From: Octopus sinensis
Taxonomy: Eukaryota
DNA: 64,000 nt
Reading direction: 5' to 3'
Assembly (NCBI RefSeq): GCF_006345805.1
Contig: NC_043001.1
Location: 107,632,001-107,696,000, forward strand
Under the pieces are notes generated by a model. That model did not search any database. It saw only the letters and a list, made by a program, of their open reading frames with translations, and was not told the origin of the DNA. The position numbers and the translations under genes were made by a program. The first letter of the stretch is position 1. Each line of letters begins with the position of its first letter. Of the stretch, positions 1 to 13,469 are shown piece after piece.

Positions 1-1232
1 TCCAAAACAGGCAACAGTAGTTATTTCGCTTAGGGAAGTGAAGAAAACCATCAAGAAAATGAGCAACCGGAAGACCCCGGGACCAGACGGAGTTCAAGAC
101 TACTGGATCAAAAGATTTGGTGAATGTCATGCACGAATAGCTGCACAATTCAACACCCTGTTAAATGCCGACCAAGTAATACCAGAGTGGTTGACAATGG
201 GTAGGACAGTACTGTGCTTGAAAAACATCGGAAAATATAATACGGTAGACAGGCCGATATCCTGTTTGCAACTTATGAGGAAATTATTGACTGGAGTAGT
301 CGCAGAGTCAATGTATGAGCATCTGGACAAAAATGGAGTCCTGCCACACGAGCAGAAGGGTTGCAAGCGTTAAGTGCAGAGGTATCATGGATCAACTCCT
401 GATATACAAAACTGTACTTTGAGGCTGCAAGAAGAGCAAAAGTAACTTAGTCATGTCATGGATCGACTATCGTAAGGCGTACGATATGATCTCACATTCT
501 TGGATTATAGAATGTATGGACCTATTTGTAATTGCATCAAATGTTGAGCAATTGCTTGGGAAGAGTATGTCGAAGTGGAGGGCGGAACTGACAGCATATG
601 GAAGAAGTTTAGCGACAATGGAAATCAGGAGAGGCATCTTCCAAGGGGACTGCCTGTCCCCACTGATCTTTGTACTGTACATAATACCACTAACAATGAT
701 TCTCAGGAAAGCAAAGTCTGGTTATGTATTCAAAAACTGCAACAAACACTTAACCATTTATTATTCATGGATGACTTCAAACTTTATGTTAAAGCTGAAT
801 CTCAAGTCAACTCCTTCGTTGATACGATGTATACATTCAATGATGATATCAGAATGGAGTTTGAACTAAAAATTGTCATGTGTTAGACTTGGAGAGAGAC
901 AAAATCAAATGTATGGAAGGGCTAGCGATGCCGTCGCGGGAGGTTATGAGGCAGATAGAAGAGACGGGTTATAAGTACTTGGGGATATTGGAAATGAATA
1001 AAATGATGGAGAGAGAAAGAATAGAAACATTTAAGGTGGAGTACTTGTGCAGAATGAGACTGATATTTAAGTCGAAATTAAACGGACGGAACGAGATTGA
1101 AACCGTCAATACCTGGGTAGTTTCACTCTGTAGATATTGAGCAGGGGTAATTACATGGACAGTACACGAACTAAACAGTTTAGACAGAAGGACGAGGAAG
1201 TTGCTGACAAGATATTGGATGCTCCATTCAAA
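1..1232 (+). mobile_element. Degenerate non-LTR retrotransposon, RT domain (R2 superfamily, R4/Dong-like)
   Basis: Frameshifted, stop-interrupted frames give ordered RT motifs: KTPGPDG..YWIK, RPISCL, EQKGC, WIDYRKAYDMISHSWI, RRGIFQGDCLSPLIF, HLLFMDDFKLY, YKYLGILE, LDRRTRKLL. Runs off the left edge of the window. Confidence 0.9.
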
Positions 1233-1788
1233 ATGTGACACAGACAGGCGGTCGTGGAGGTGGTGATGATAATGACGACGAGGAGAGAATAATGATGATG
1301 ATGATGATGATGATTTCTTTAAAGTTATATTTGCATATAAAGAATGTGAAAACGCAATACAGAATTTTGTTTGGAATCAGATTAAAAATGTGTAACATCT
1401 TGAGACAAAATATATTCTAAGACCGCGGTATTGTCATTAGAGTGGAGACGGTGGTAACATCTCATGAAATTTCTTTTTTTTTTTTTTTACAGAAATTAGC
1501 AAGCTAATAAGAACATCATTTCCTTGCATATTAGTATTTTTTCTTTTTCCATTTTATTTAAGATTGATATGTTGGACTGAAAAATAAAACATCCACCAAG
1601 ATATTTTATATAAACGACGCACTAAACGCAGAGGTGTAAACGACAAGTCTAAACAAAAAATCTGCCGCGCTATGTGCACAGGTGTGAACACCACCTCCGA
1701 AGAAATCTATACAAAGATACATAAAATAAACGTCCTTGCAATAAACAACTTAAGAAAATATATATGTGTGTGCGTTTGTTTGTTTGTT

Positions 1789-1843
<55 letters not shown>

Positions 1844-1880
1844 CCTAAATAAAAGGAATTGAAGTTTAGAAGTGATTACG

Positions 1881-2036
1881 TGCATTATTTACATTTGACG
1901 ATATTTGTCCTCATCTTGTTTGTTGTTAACACAACGTTTTGGCTGATATACCCTCCAGCCTTCATCAGGTGACTTGGGAAAATTTCGAACCTGGGTTCTC
2001 ATTCCTAAGGTATTTTCGATGTTGTTGTTGTTGTTG

Positions 2037-2094
<58 letters not shown>

Positions 2095-2237
2095 CATTAT
2101 TATTAATATTTTTCAGGTCACTGGGGTTACTAGCCGAAACGTTGTGTTAGCAACAAACAAAATGAGGACAAATATCCGTCAAATGTAAATAATAAAAATA
2201 ATGTACATAATTCCTCATCTCTTAAATATAGAACTGT
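1881..2237. mobile_element. Fold-back Penelope-type short element (family P1) with an internal (GTT)n(ATT)n microsatellite
   Basis: About 60-bp inverted arms (attatttacatttgacg..cacaacgttt / aaacgttgtg..gtcaaatgtaaataat). Same sequence recurs at 3903-4100 and 23968-24358. The minus strand at 1930-1971 holds a hammerhead-like motif with G12>A. Confidence 0.75.
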
Positions 2238-2844
2238 ATTTTGAAGTGTTGTCGAATCCTAATAATATTTAAGTACTTTCAGTACCAAAAGATATCATGA
2301 CAATAATTTTGTGGTGAGCGAACCTACAGATGTTTGCTTATTTGGATGCGAAAACGAATTAAAATATTGGCAATAAAATCAGTATTAAGAAAATGTAGAG
2401 GTTTTTTTTGTGTAAAGTAGTTTAAAAGTGAGGATTATCGGTGTATCTTTGTACGTGGTCTCAGAGTCTGCGCGATGATGTTATGCCGTTCATTGAGCTA
2501 ATACACAGCATTAGAACACAAACACAGCGAAATAAAACAAAACAACATAATATATAACGAATGTGCTAGAAAATATCAATGTTTGCCTGAAGGGACTCGA
2601 AGAAAAATTGATCTCTGAATTCTGAAAAGTGCAGAGAAATTAGAAAAATAAAGAGAGAGAGAGGGGGGTGAGAGGGTGAGAGAGAGAGAGAGTATTTAAA
2701 GACGAGTGGAGAGAATTGTTTTGGAAAATCATCAAAAATAGAATTAGACAGCGAAAAAGGAAAAAAAACTACTAAATACGAACGAAAATTCATTATTTTC
2801 ATTTAAGGTGCGCACGAATGTATAATATTCGGAATAAATATCAG

Positions 2845-4390
2845 TGTTTCTGGGCCACAACCAGTTCCCTTAGATATCGAGGGCTTTTTCTTACAATCCT
2901 TACCGTTCCCAAGAGAGTAAATTTCTGATTTAATGCAACTCTCGTTCTTGCATCAATCGCAGTAAGGGAACTGGTGGTGACGGTCCCTAAGGTACCTACG
3001 ACAGCTGGGATTACTTTGGTAGAAACCCATCACAGTCATCACATTTTCCGATCTTAATCGCGGTATTTCCCTATTTTCTCCTCTTCATGTCCACAGATAT
3101 AACCACTGCTATACTGATGCATTCTTTTTTCCTGTTGTCCAGGGCGATAATATGTGGTCACCTTGCATGAAGTTCGTGATGTGACTGTATATTAAAATCC
3201 CATAACACCTTATACTGGTTGTTTTCTAGTACAATTTCTGGTTGATGTTGGTACCATTGTCTGCTTACTTTAAATCATATTTACTGTAATATGTCCCAAT
3301 ACAATGCTTTGACCACTCTGTGTATTTATTCCTTCTGTGCCAAAGGACTACAACAAAATATAATGTGCATACCCGATTTCACTTTCTCGTTACATACTCT
3401 GCACTTCGCATTTTCGCAGGTTTGTCTTGATATTTTGTCTCGATATTTGTCAGCAATGACTTGCTTTGAGCAGAGATTGTGAGTCCTTCCGTTTCTTTCT
3501 GAAGGTCTCCCTTCTTCCGACATCAACAACTCTTTTGTGACGTCCTGCATTTTCCTGACATGCTGACACTTTGTAGTTCTTTTCCCCAGATGTTTCTTTC
3601 TTGTTCTTGTTTTCTATTTTTCTTCTTCTCCGTTGTTGTCTCCCCAACTTCTTTCTGTTCTGGCAGATGAAATCAGTCTTTCTGAGTTGCTTCTTACATA
3701 CACTTTTGTATCATGTTTTGCCATCTCTGTACAGGTTTTTATTGATCTGTCTTCTCCCTACTCTTTTCGCGGTAGGTCTAACCTATGGACACAGTCTCTG
3801 GAATGTAATGGCCTATACATGAACGTTATCTTTCTGGTCTTGCAATCTATGCCTCTTGGTTCTTCCATAGTCCAGTTCAGAAAATCACAGAATAACTTGG
3901 AGATTATTTACATTATTTACATTTGACGGATATTTGTCCTCATCTTGTTTGTTGTTAACACAACGTTTCAGCTGATTTACCCTCCAGCCTTCATCTGAAA
4001 TGTTGTATTAACAACAAACAAGATGAGGACAAATATCCGTCAAAAATAAATAATGTAAATAATGTACATAATTCCTCATCTCTTAAATATAGAACTGTAT
4101 TATCTTAGAGATATTCTCCACCCTTGTGGAGATGCTTTATTCTCCATTCAGTATTGTTTTTCATTTCTCATCTTCACTTTCATTTCGTAGCAGAGGATTC
4201 TATCTGCCTTCAATTTATCTAGGTACACGCGGTTGCCACCCTCATAAATTACTCGGATTGCTGTCTCATCTAGGACTCAAACCCCTTCTCACTTGGGTAT
4301 TTTACTTCTCTTTATTACCAGCATCGCGCATTTATCGATTCGAAGCACAATGCCAATGTCATCACTTACAACTTTACCAGTCTTAACCAG
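2845..4390 (-). mobile_element. Degenerate R4/Dong-like non-LTR retrotransposon, 3' half (RT end, CCHC knuckle, restriction-like endonuclease), interrupted by a P1 insertion
   Basis: Minus-strand translation: SDDIGIVLRIDKCAMLVIKR (late RT), IDCKTRK..LDLPRKE, CRVCNEK..HIIFCCSPLAQKE (CCHC), KVLWDFNIQ..R*PHII, KVIPAVVGTLG, QKFTLLGTVRI (RLE and C-terminus). Confidence 0.85.
3903..4100. mobile_element. Fold-back P1 element nested inside the R4/Dong-like element
   Basis: Inverted arms of about 65 bp around a short spacer. Same 3' tail (gtacataattcctcatctcttaaatatagaactgtatt) as the 1881-2237 copy. Retrotransposon coding remnants continue on both sides. Confidence 0.75.
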
Positions 4391-4526
4391 AGAATTCAGC
4401 GATTTATCCCTTGATAAATAATTTCATAAACAGAGGGTGGATTATTCTCTCACCACTGTTAAATTCGTAGCACGATTTAGCCTCACTCAAGACCAATGTA
4501 AGGAGAGATGAGAACGACCACGAATA

Positions 4527-4710
4527 GCAGTTAGCACGCTGGGTGAAATGCTTAGCGGTATTTCGCCCGTCGCTCCGCCGAGGTTGACTTTGCCTTTCAT
4601 TCATTCGTGGTCGATAAATTAAGTGGCAGTGAAACACTGGAGTCGATCTAATCGACAAGTCCCTCTCCTCCAAAATTTCACGCCTTGTGTCTGTGGTGGA
4701 AAAGATTATT
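4527..4710 (+). mobile_element. tRNA-derived SINE, family A (partial)
   Basis: Matches the other family A copies (gttagcacg..gaaatgcttagc..gactttgcctttcat..gtcgataaattaagt). The central block resembles the Meta-type SINE domain (from recall, not a search). Confidence 0.8.
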
Positions 4711-5881
4711 ATTTGTTTGTTTGTTTATGAATACTTCATAGATACTCCAATTCATTATGGAGATCGACAGAATCTAGATGAAACACCTTTTCATAATTCC
4801 ACTTATAATGAGTTCTTAATATCAACACAAGAAATTTGAACCAACGCCAAAAGTTATGATACAAAATGAAGCGAAGGATACTTTGAACAAAATTCTTTTT
4901 CTCCTTATTTGTATATTTTGTCTTTTTGTTTAGATGCGTGTAGAGACGACGGCGCTAAATGAGAATAATGAATATAGAAAGCCTGAAAATATTTTGGAAC
5001 GATTATGCAACAATGGAACACGCACTGATGAAACAGTTCTTTCCCTGAATTGGATAAATCTTGAAGTAATTATAGGATAGGATGAAGAACTGTTAAAGAC
5101 CAAATGTGATAAGAGATTCACACAGCAAAATAGAGGCTGTGATGGGATTCTGAATGAAATAGCAAACCCACTTGACTAAAAGTAGCCTATATTAATTAAG
5201 AAGAAGAATTTCAAAATGCTCAAACAGATTATTAGCATTTCTTCGCTGTGGAAGCAAATCATTCATGATGATCATAAGAAGGTAGAATAGCATTAGCAGC
5301 ATTCGGCTGATTCCAGTGAATGGGGAATAGGGAATATTGTGCCAATTAGTGTAAACTATGTATCTGAAACGATGATAAAATGTTACTTTTCGAGAGAATA
5401 CGAGGAATAACAGAATGGTGTGAGGTAGAAAATAAGTGGAGAGATAACTTAATGGTATGTAAAAGCGTGTTGTTTGGATAGTTACTGCTTAAAAGCATAA
5501 TAACTTAGTAAATTTCCTTATCATAAAGTGGTAACAAGATATGGGTAGTTTTGAGTAAATTTGGCGAAGCTGAGACAATATAAATAAACTTATCTTACAT
5601 TGGAGTAATCAATGAAATCGAATCCATTATATTAATAGTGATTTGTTTTATTGAACGAGGAATACATAACGAGGAAAGACAACAATGCACCGACGTAGAG
5701 TGGGAAGTATTATATAGTTGTGTAACTTTTCTTGCCAGGCGCTTTACCGAATCGGCTGTCGACAGACCTCGACTAAAACGACGCTGACGATGATGACGGT
5801 GATGATAATGATGACGACGACGATCACATTGATAATAATAGTTGGTTGATTGATTGGACGTTTTCGTCGTTGGTCTACGAT

Positions 5882-6116
5882 ATTTATTTCTTTATTGCCC
5901 ACAGGGCGCTAAACGTAGAGGGGACAAACAAGGACAGACAAAGGAATTAAGTCGATTAGATCGACCCCAATGCGTAACTGATACTTAGTTAATCGACCCT
6001 GAAAGGATGAAAGGCAAAGTCGACCTCGGCGGAATTTGAACTCAGAACGTAACGGCAGACGAAATACGGCTAAGCATTTCGCCCGGTGTGCTAACGATTC
6101 TGCCAGCTCGCCGCCT
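5882..6116 (-). mobile_element. tRNA-derived SINE, family A (full monomer)
   Basis: Reverse complement starts ggcggcgagctggcagaatcgttagcac (A-box-like), has gagttcaaattcc (B-box-like) and ends in aataaagaaata. Confidence 0.9.
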
Positions 6117-6664
6117 TTTATCTCGTCTAATAATAAGATAACTCCACACATAAGAAACTTTTAGCCGGAAAGCGGAGGCATTTGGTCCTACACTGTAACG
6201 ACTTTGCCGAATCGACAGCCTAAATGTAAGATATAACTCAATAATTTTAACGATGGTATTAATGTTTTGGAACGTGTTTTATCCTGAGTTGTGTTTATGC
6301 AAAATATTAAGAAATCACATTCTCAGATTTTGTTAGTTTTGTTTTATCTTATTTATTCTTTTCATCTTGTTTCTTTTTGTTTACTGCTTGCTTCACAGAT
6401 TCCATCTTATTTTCTTCCATTCTTTTTCTATTTTTTTCAAATTGTATTTTTTTTCCCATTATTTCTTTTTAAATCTTTACTCATCAATTTTAAGGTTTCT
6501 GTAACTATACAATATTCTGGAAGATAATAACCATGTCACTTACTCGAGACAAACATTGAAAAAAGACAGACACCGATATAGCAGCAGCGTTAGTAATCTC
6601 ATTAGGTTCAATCAATGAAGGGAACTAAGAAGTCATTTTATCTGCTAGAAATAGCAGTTATTAT

Positions 6665-6920
6665 TTTTTTTTTACTCAAACTGAGTGGGTTTGGTGGACG
6701 AAAACTAAAAGAAGCCCGTCGTATATATATATGCGCGCGTGTTTGTGTGTGTGTGTGAGTGTGTTAGCGTGTCTGTGTTTATGTCCCCGTAACTTAGCGG
6801 GAACTGATAGAATGTGAACTAGACTTACAAAGAATTAGTCCTGGGTTTGATTTGTTCGACTAAAGGCGGTGCTCCAGCATGACCGCAGTCAAATAACTGA
6901 AAGAATTAAAAGAATAAAAG
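6665..6920 (+). mobile_element. SINE family B (degenerate, 3' two-thirds)
   Basis: gaagcccgtcgtatat..(TG)n..gtccccgtaacttagcg..ggcggtgctccagcatgaccgcagtc tail, as in the full copy at 41181. Confidence 0.8.
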
Positions 6921-7323
6921 AGCAAACTGCAATCTTATCATGTCTAAGAAACGGGTACGTTTACTTTGTACTCCCAGGTATACTCAGCCTCTTAAGAAAA
7001 GATAGGATTTTCTTGATTGGAATAACTTACATCATGGAGCCAATCGGGCTAAACAACAACATTAACAACATATATCTTATTAACGTCAGTCACTGAGGAA
7101 GTGAAACACCAGATTTAGCGCGAACTCTCTTACATGCCTCCATTCGTACCACCACTAGAAACCACCAGTATATATTCTTGTGGTTTCTAGTGGTAGAAGG
7201 GGAAAGTCGATTAGATTGACTCCAGTACGCAACTGGTGCTTAATTTATCGACACCGAAAGGATGAAAGGCAAAGTCGACCTTTGGAGAGCATGGAATTAT
7301 CTCTTAGCTCCTGTTTTTCCCAG

Positions 7324-7595
7324 ATCTATTCACATCCAGCGTTTGAGCACCTATCACCACTCTGTCACAAAAAAATTCTCGACTACATTCATTGGCATCA
7401 TCACTACACCTGCTTCATCATCATTATCAGCTGCACCACCACCACCACCACCACAACAACAACAACAACAACAGCTATGAACAGCAGATTACCAAGCAAT
7501 GATACGCTTACCCGACTGGATAATAATAGCAGCGAAATGTCCCTCACGTGGCACCAAAAACGGCTTAGAATTCTTGAAGAGCTACGACAGATAAC
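7324..7595 (+). CDS. Candidate exon (possible 5' UTR plus start: MNSRLPSNDTLTRLDNNSSEMSLTWHQKRLRILEELRQIT)
   Basis: Acceptor ctcctgtttttcccAG ending at 7323. ATG at about 7477 after a (CAC)n(CAA)n tract. Non-repetitive helix-like peptide. Possible donor AC|GTAATC at 7596. No homolog recognised. Confidence 0.3.
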
Positions 7596-7719
7596 GTAAT
7601 CATACATAAAGCTAAAATGGCAAGATGATAAAATTTCCGCTAAAATTCTGGACATAGGTCCCTTCATTCAGGATTCTCGTCTGGCTGAACATCTTTATCT
7701 TTATCATCGTCGTCGTCAG

Positions 7720-7779
<60 letters not shown>

Positions 7780-7894
7780 TATCATCATCATCATTATTGT
7801 CGTCATCATCATCATTATCATCGTCATCAACATCACCAATATTGTCATCACTTAATTTTTACATCATTGTCGTTACGAAATAGAATCAATATCC

Positions 7895-8037
7895 GTTTCT
7901 ACTCTAGGCACAAGGTCCGAAACTTTTAGATCGACCTCAGTACGCAACTGGTACTCAATTTATCGACCCCGAAAGGATGAAAGGCAAAGTCGGCCTCGGC
8001 GGAATTTGAACTAAGAACGTAAAGACAGACGAAAATG
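7895..8037 (-). mobile_element. 5'-truncated SINE family A with a 12-bp target-site duplication
   Basis: GAATCAATATCC at 7883-7894 and 8038-8049 flanks the SINE body. Confidence 0.85.
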
Positions 8038-8586
8038 GAATCAATATCCTCATCATTGCTAACATCCCAACTGCCACCATCAACGACATTGCCACAACGA
8101 CCACGCTGCCTCCACCACTATTAAAGCCTCCGCCGCCAACTTCCCTAATAATGCCGCCGTCACATCACCGCTGTCATCACCAGCACGACTACCATAACGA
8201 TGACAATGACAATCTCGACTTGACACCCCCACCATCACCTCAACCACCACCACCACCACCACCATCATCACCCCTCTACCACCTCCGTCATAGTTTTACA
8301 ATGATTATCGTCATCAATGACCATTATAATAATCATCGTTAGCATCATATCTATCATCGATGTTGTCATCGTATACTTTGGTGTCTGTCGCTAAACGGAG
8401 TAAAAAAAAATATATGTCTATCGAACAGCTATAACCCGTGTCTTACTCTATATACGCAAACATAGACATTATAATACATTTTTCCTTCGCAGATATTATC
8501 TCTAGTTATCTCTGAATAACCAATCGAATCGTCAAAACACTATTTTGAAAAAATACAAATACCAGACGTTTACTTTTCTAAGTTCG

Positions 8587-8663
<77 letters not shown>

Positions 8664-9284
8664 TATATATAGAGAGAGAGGGGAGACTGTCTTTGACTAT
8701 ACATACTCTTTATATTAAAACTACACAAGAACATTACAATTTAGTAGTTGTTTAAACATGAAAGACTAGTATGACATTTATTGTCATAGGTTGCTGTTAT
8801 TTTTGTTGACTGTCTACCATATGTATGTTTTTTGTGCTTTAATACCATACAGCCGGTAAATAGATAGAATCGTTATCGAATACAAGTGTTTGCGGTGTTC
8901 ATTCTGGTCCTCTTAAAGTTCTGGGTTCACATCCAGCCGAAGTCAACTTTGCTTTTCCTCTCTTCGGAGATAATAAATGTAATAGAAGACAGGTAAATAA
9001 AAATAAATGAAGAAATGTTAAAACCAGACCAAAGGTCCTTCCGAGCGGTAGGCTCATCAGGCAACTTACGCAGTTTCTGTGACGTATGTATTCTCCAGCT
9101 GGACGGGACGCCAGTCTCACACAGGATAACTCTTTTGTACCAGCTGTGTGGATTGAAGCATCGTTAAACGAATTACACAAGCATCACCCGATCTAAGAAT
9201 TTCAAAGAAATATTGTGCAGGTGGTATGGTTTATTTCCCTTGGGTGTTTAAAAAAAAACATAGTTATATGAAATAGATATAAAG

Positions 9285-9462
9285 GTCTCTTCCAGGGACC
9301 GTATTATCGATTTTTTCAACAATCTAAATATGTAACGTGGTTTCTAGACATAAGTTCTACTTACGTGTCAAGTTTCATCAAAATCAATAAAACGGTGTGG
9401 GAAGAGTTAGATAACAACGCCACAAACACACACACACACACCGACTTTCCACATATGTAGTA
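9285..9462 (+). mobile_element. Possible 3' end of a non-autonomous Helitron/Helentron (DINE-1-like)
   Basis: gtttcatcaaaatc..cggtgtgggaagagtt..(CA)n..gactttcc..atatgtagta resembles the layout of HINE/DINE-1 3' ends. Pattern recall only. Confidence 0.3.
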
Positions 9463-11002
9463 AATGTTTAACATAGAATTCACGATCCTCGGACGTTTTT
9501 AAGTATGCTGACCAATACATGAAATTGATATTGCTTAATAATATTATTTAATAATATTAATTTCTACTCTTAATATATTATAGTGTTACCGATCAAATTG
9601 TTAATTATCTTCAAACCCTTAGCAATCAGATAGTTATGATTCTATTAGAGAAAGTTTCACTTAGTTATTATTTTAAAGCTAGGTTAAGAATAACAAGGGA
9701 ACAGTTACTCGCACAAGGCAGTTCCATAGTGAGAAGAGTGTTAAAAGTATTGTAAATTTTGTATTGCTTGGGATTCTACGTAAGCTTTCCCTGAGGATTG
9801 AATAAGCTGTGAGGCGAAACTTAATGTTGTAGCAAATAGCAAACATGATGTATTTATTAGAGATACTTTAGGATGTTTGTGAGTGTCGAAACACTACATT
9901 ATACATCGCATCAAATATATGATGGTTTACTGGAGTGATATTTTAAGCTTTAAAGAGAACAGCAGCTAATCGGAGAAGAATCGTGAGCTATACGACGCCG
10001 ATACGTAAATGAGGTCGTCAAGTGACACGCTCTTCTCAAATAGCTTTATATCAATTAGACGCTCAAGTACAGTTGGGGTTAATTTGTTTGCCGTTTCTAA
10101 TAGGTATGGCAACCGCACAGGTTTTTCGGTGGTTATCAAGATATGTAAGAGATGGTAAAATATAATTTATGTCTCTGGCGAATTGAAGTCCTCCGGTTAT
10201 ATCGAGCTTTTGTCTTCCGTTTTTATTCAGCTTTTGTAAAGGGAAAAAGAAACAGCATACCCTTATTGCCAATTGAAGGCTGGCGTCGAAGCGGTCGCTG
10301 TTTTTTTACCTACAGGTCAGTTCTGATAAACTGGCCTATGATCAAATTCAATCTCGATATAAACATATCAGTCTTAATTTCTTTTCTTTTTATTTCAGTT
10401 ATGGCTAGAATTTAGCAACTTCCTATTAAGTCCACTAACAAAAGAAAAAAGAGGAAATGATTGCATAAACCAACAAATTAAATACGTGAACTCAGTGAAT
10501 TTCTAATTTGTAACCCTGCTTGAATTAGAAGGAAGAGTTTATCTTCCTTTCAGTAGCTGTGATCATTGATGGGACTGTATGTCTATGATTAAACATTTCA
10601 AAGTTTTCTCCTCTTTGTTAATAGGATGTGAGGTAGATTTGAATGGCGTTTCTGACTGCCTAGAGGCTCAGTAATTTGTTCGAGTTTTGAAAATGTATGT
10701 TCATGGCAAAAGTGCAAAGCTGACCTGAGACGTATACTGTGCACGACCATAATGCACGTGTGTAAAGGAGAACGTAGAAATAAATTGTAATATCTTATAG
10801 AATCTGTTTTGTTAGAGGAGATGGCTTCTAGTCATAAATCAACGTTAAATAGTCTTACCTAATTTTAAATTAAAAATTTGTTTCGACGAGAACACAACAA
10901 AGTATTAGAACTGAATAACTCAGTCTTCGCACGCACGCACAAACATGAGTGAATGCATACATATGTATTTACGTGTTCTACATATATACATACACACACA
11001 TG

Positions 11003-11335
11003 CATATCTGAGATCCACTTCGGTCATGACTGACCATGGGATTGCACCTAGAAAGTTGCCCTCCCAGGCACAAGTCCGCGTAAGATTGTTTTTTTATGGG
11101 AGACCAGCAGTCGCCCATGCATACCGGCCTCCCTTCTCCACACCACCAGTGTGGCAACGGCCTATAAAGCTTGGCACCTGTGACGTCACAACTCATTTCT
11201 ACAGCTGAGTGAACTGGAGCAATGTGAAATAAAGTGTTTTGCTAAAGAACACAACACGCAGCATGGTCCAGGATTCGAGGTCACAACCCCACGATCGTAA
11301 GCTCGACGCTCTATCCACCAAGCCATGCACCTTTA
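11003..11335 (-). mobile_element. tRNA-derived SINE, family C
   Basis: Reverse complement begins with a tRNA-like head (gcatggcttgtggatagagcg..tcgaatcctggacc). Body matches 28869-29188. Confidence 0.8.
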
Positions 11336-11339
11336 CCAT

Positions 11340-11347
11340 ATGCATAT

Positions 11348-11404
<57 letters not shown>

Positions 11405-11481
11405 ATATTAAATTTCTAAACAGCGGTGGTGTAATCCCCTACTGTCACGTTAAGTTGACAGTATACAACCATTATATATAT

Positions 11482-11542
<61 letters not shown>

Positions 11543-11604
11543 TATATGTTTATATATATATATATTTGCATATATGTATATATCAATATATATAGATGTG
11601 CGTA

Positions 11605-11638
<34 letters not shown>

Positions 11639-11639
11639 C

Positions 11640-11708
<69 letters not shown>
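11340..11708. repeat. (TA)n/(CA)n microsatellite cluster
   Basis: Long pure and interrupted dinucleotide runs. Confidence 0.95.
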
Positions 11709-11709
<1 letters not shown>

Positions 11710-12586
11710 ATGAAATTTTCCTTGATTTTTATGTATGCACCGCCTCACACCTTGGCCAAATGCAGTTCCCTCTTAACAAAGAATCCATCTCTATTGCCTG
11801 CTTGAAAATTGCAAGTGCTGTAATATAATGTGGATGGCGTTTACTGAAAGATTTCTTTGCTAAAGAAAAAAGAAATAACGAAACTCATTGGCATATTGAG
11901 AAGCCATTAGTGTAAAAGGTGTGTAGAATAATCTAACGATAAAAATGCTCGAGCGAGATTGTAAAATCAAATAGGAAAAGTCAAGGTACAGCGAAGAATC
12001 AACCGAATCAAGCAAATCTGTAGTAACGTTTTCATATTGATGCTTTCTCATGCGTAACACGATCTAAGAATTTCCACATTATATCTTTCATCCAACGCGC
12101 AACTTTAATTTTGGAATCTGGGAATTGAGTACAATGAAGGAATCTAAATACTTTATTAATGATTACGTTGTAAAATATGATTTAATGCATTGAATTTTTT
12201 TCTTTTCACAAACTGACATTTTGTGTTCCTTTTTTTTTCTTTTGTAAGTACCTCGGATATTAAATGATCATCTCCGGTCGATTCGTGTTTGGTTATAGGA
12301 AAAGTGGTATCATGTACACGGAAAGAAATATACAATTGAAATATACTCACACGAAGTTGTGCGGTTTAATTATATATCAACGTAATTTCTGACAGATATT
12401 TTCTGCCAAAATATCAGGGGAAAATGCGATGCGAAGAATAAGTGCATTCTTTTTTTAATAGCCAATGTTTATGTTCTATTTGCGTAGTTAAAGTATATGA
12501 AAATATTTGCCCAAACATTTTTTCAAATTATGAAATTATGAAAGAAATAGGTGGAGATACACAAAAAATGCAATAGCGCTGTTTTT

Positions 12587-12647
<61 letters not shown>

Positions 12648-12814
12648 CTCTCTCTGTCCCTCTCACTCACTCACTCACTCTCTCCTTTTTCTCTCTCTTT
12701 CTGTCTGTCTGTCTGTCTCTCTGTATGAAAACAGAAAAAATAAATGTCAGTTTTTCCTAAGTTATCATCGACTCTACAAAAATGTGCAAAAGCATTGTAA
12801 CTTGACGGTTCGAC

Positions 12815-12942
12815 AAAAGAGACCGATAGAATAAGCACTTGGCTCACAAAAAATAAATCCTGGGATCGATTTGGTCGACTAAAAGCGGTGCACCAGCATG
12901 GTCGCCGTCAAATGACTGAAATAAATAAAAAATAAATAAAAA
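12815..12942 (+). mobile_element. SINE family B, 3' fragment
   Basis: cggttcgacaaaagagaccgatagaataag..gcggtgcaccagcatgg..aaatgactgaaataaataaa. Confidence 0.8.
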
Positions 12943-13469
12943 CTCTTTTCACGACGGATCTGAGTACATTTTAAGGAGATTTGTAGTTATTTCTAACCAG
13001 TCCAATCTTTACGCTCCATTGCTGTTTAGGCTCTTTGTTAATAGTAAACACCAATAGCCACGATTAATCTGTGAACAGCTGGATCATTGCTTAATGGACA
13101 AGCGTTATTTCGTCACTTGTTAATTCAAAATACGGTTCTTTTAAGTAATTGCCCTGTGAGAACTATAAGCGCTACTAGATCGGTTTGTGATGTAAGAGCC
13201 TCTTTGTGGCTCGTTCGACCTGATTCATATAAGCACTAAATTGCTCGGTTCACCCTCACACTCCATGACTTATGATGAGACGATGGTCAACACTGGAACA
13301 TTTTAGATCATGAGACTGTTTCACGAGATCTGACCTGTGATTAAATATTTGAGTCAGACCTGCCAGTAGAAAGTAACTCACCTTCCTCTACCAACATCAG
13401 AAACACTATAGGTAAAAAATGGTGACAGTTAATCTTCATTTTCCTCTGATTAAAGAATTAAAAACCAAA

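Noticed and set aside
4950-5600. Faint LINE RT-like remnants (GCDGILNEIANPL)
   Set aside because: Too decayed to support from the sequence alone.
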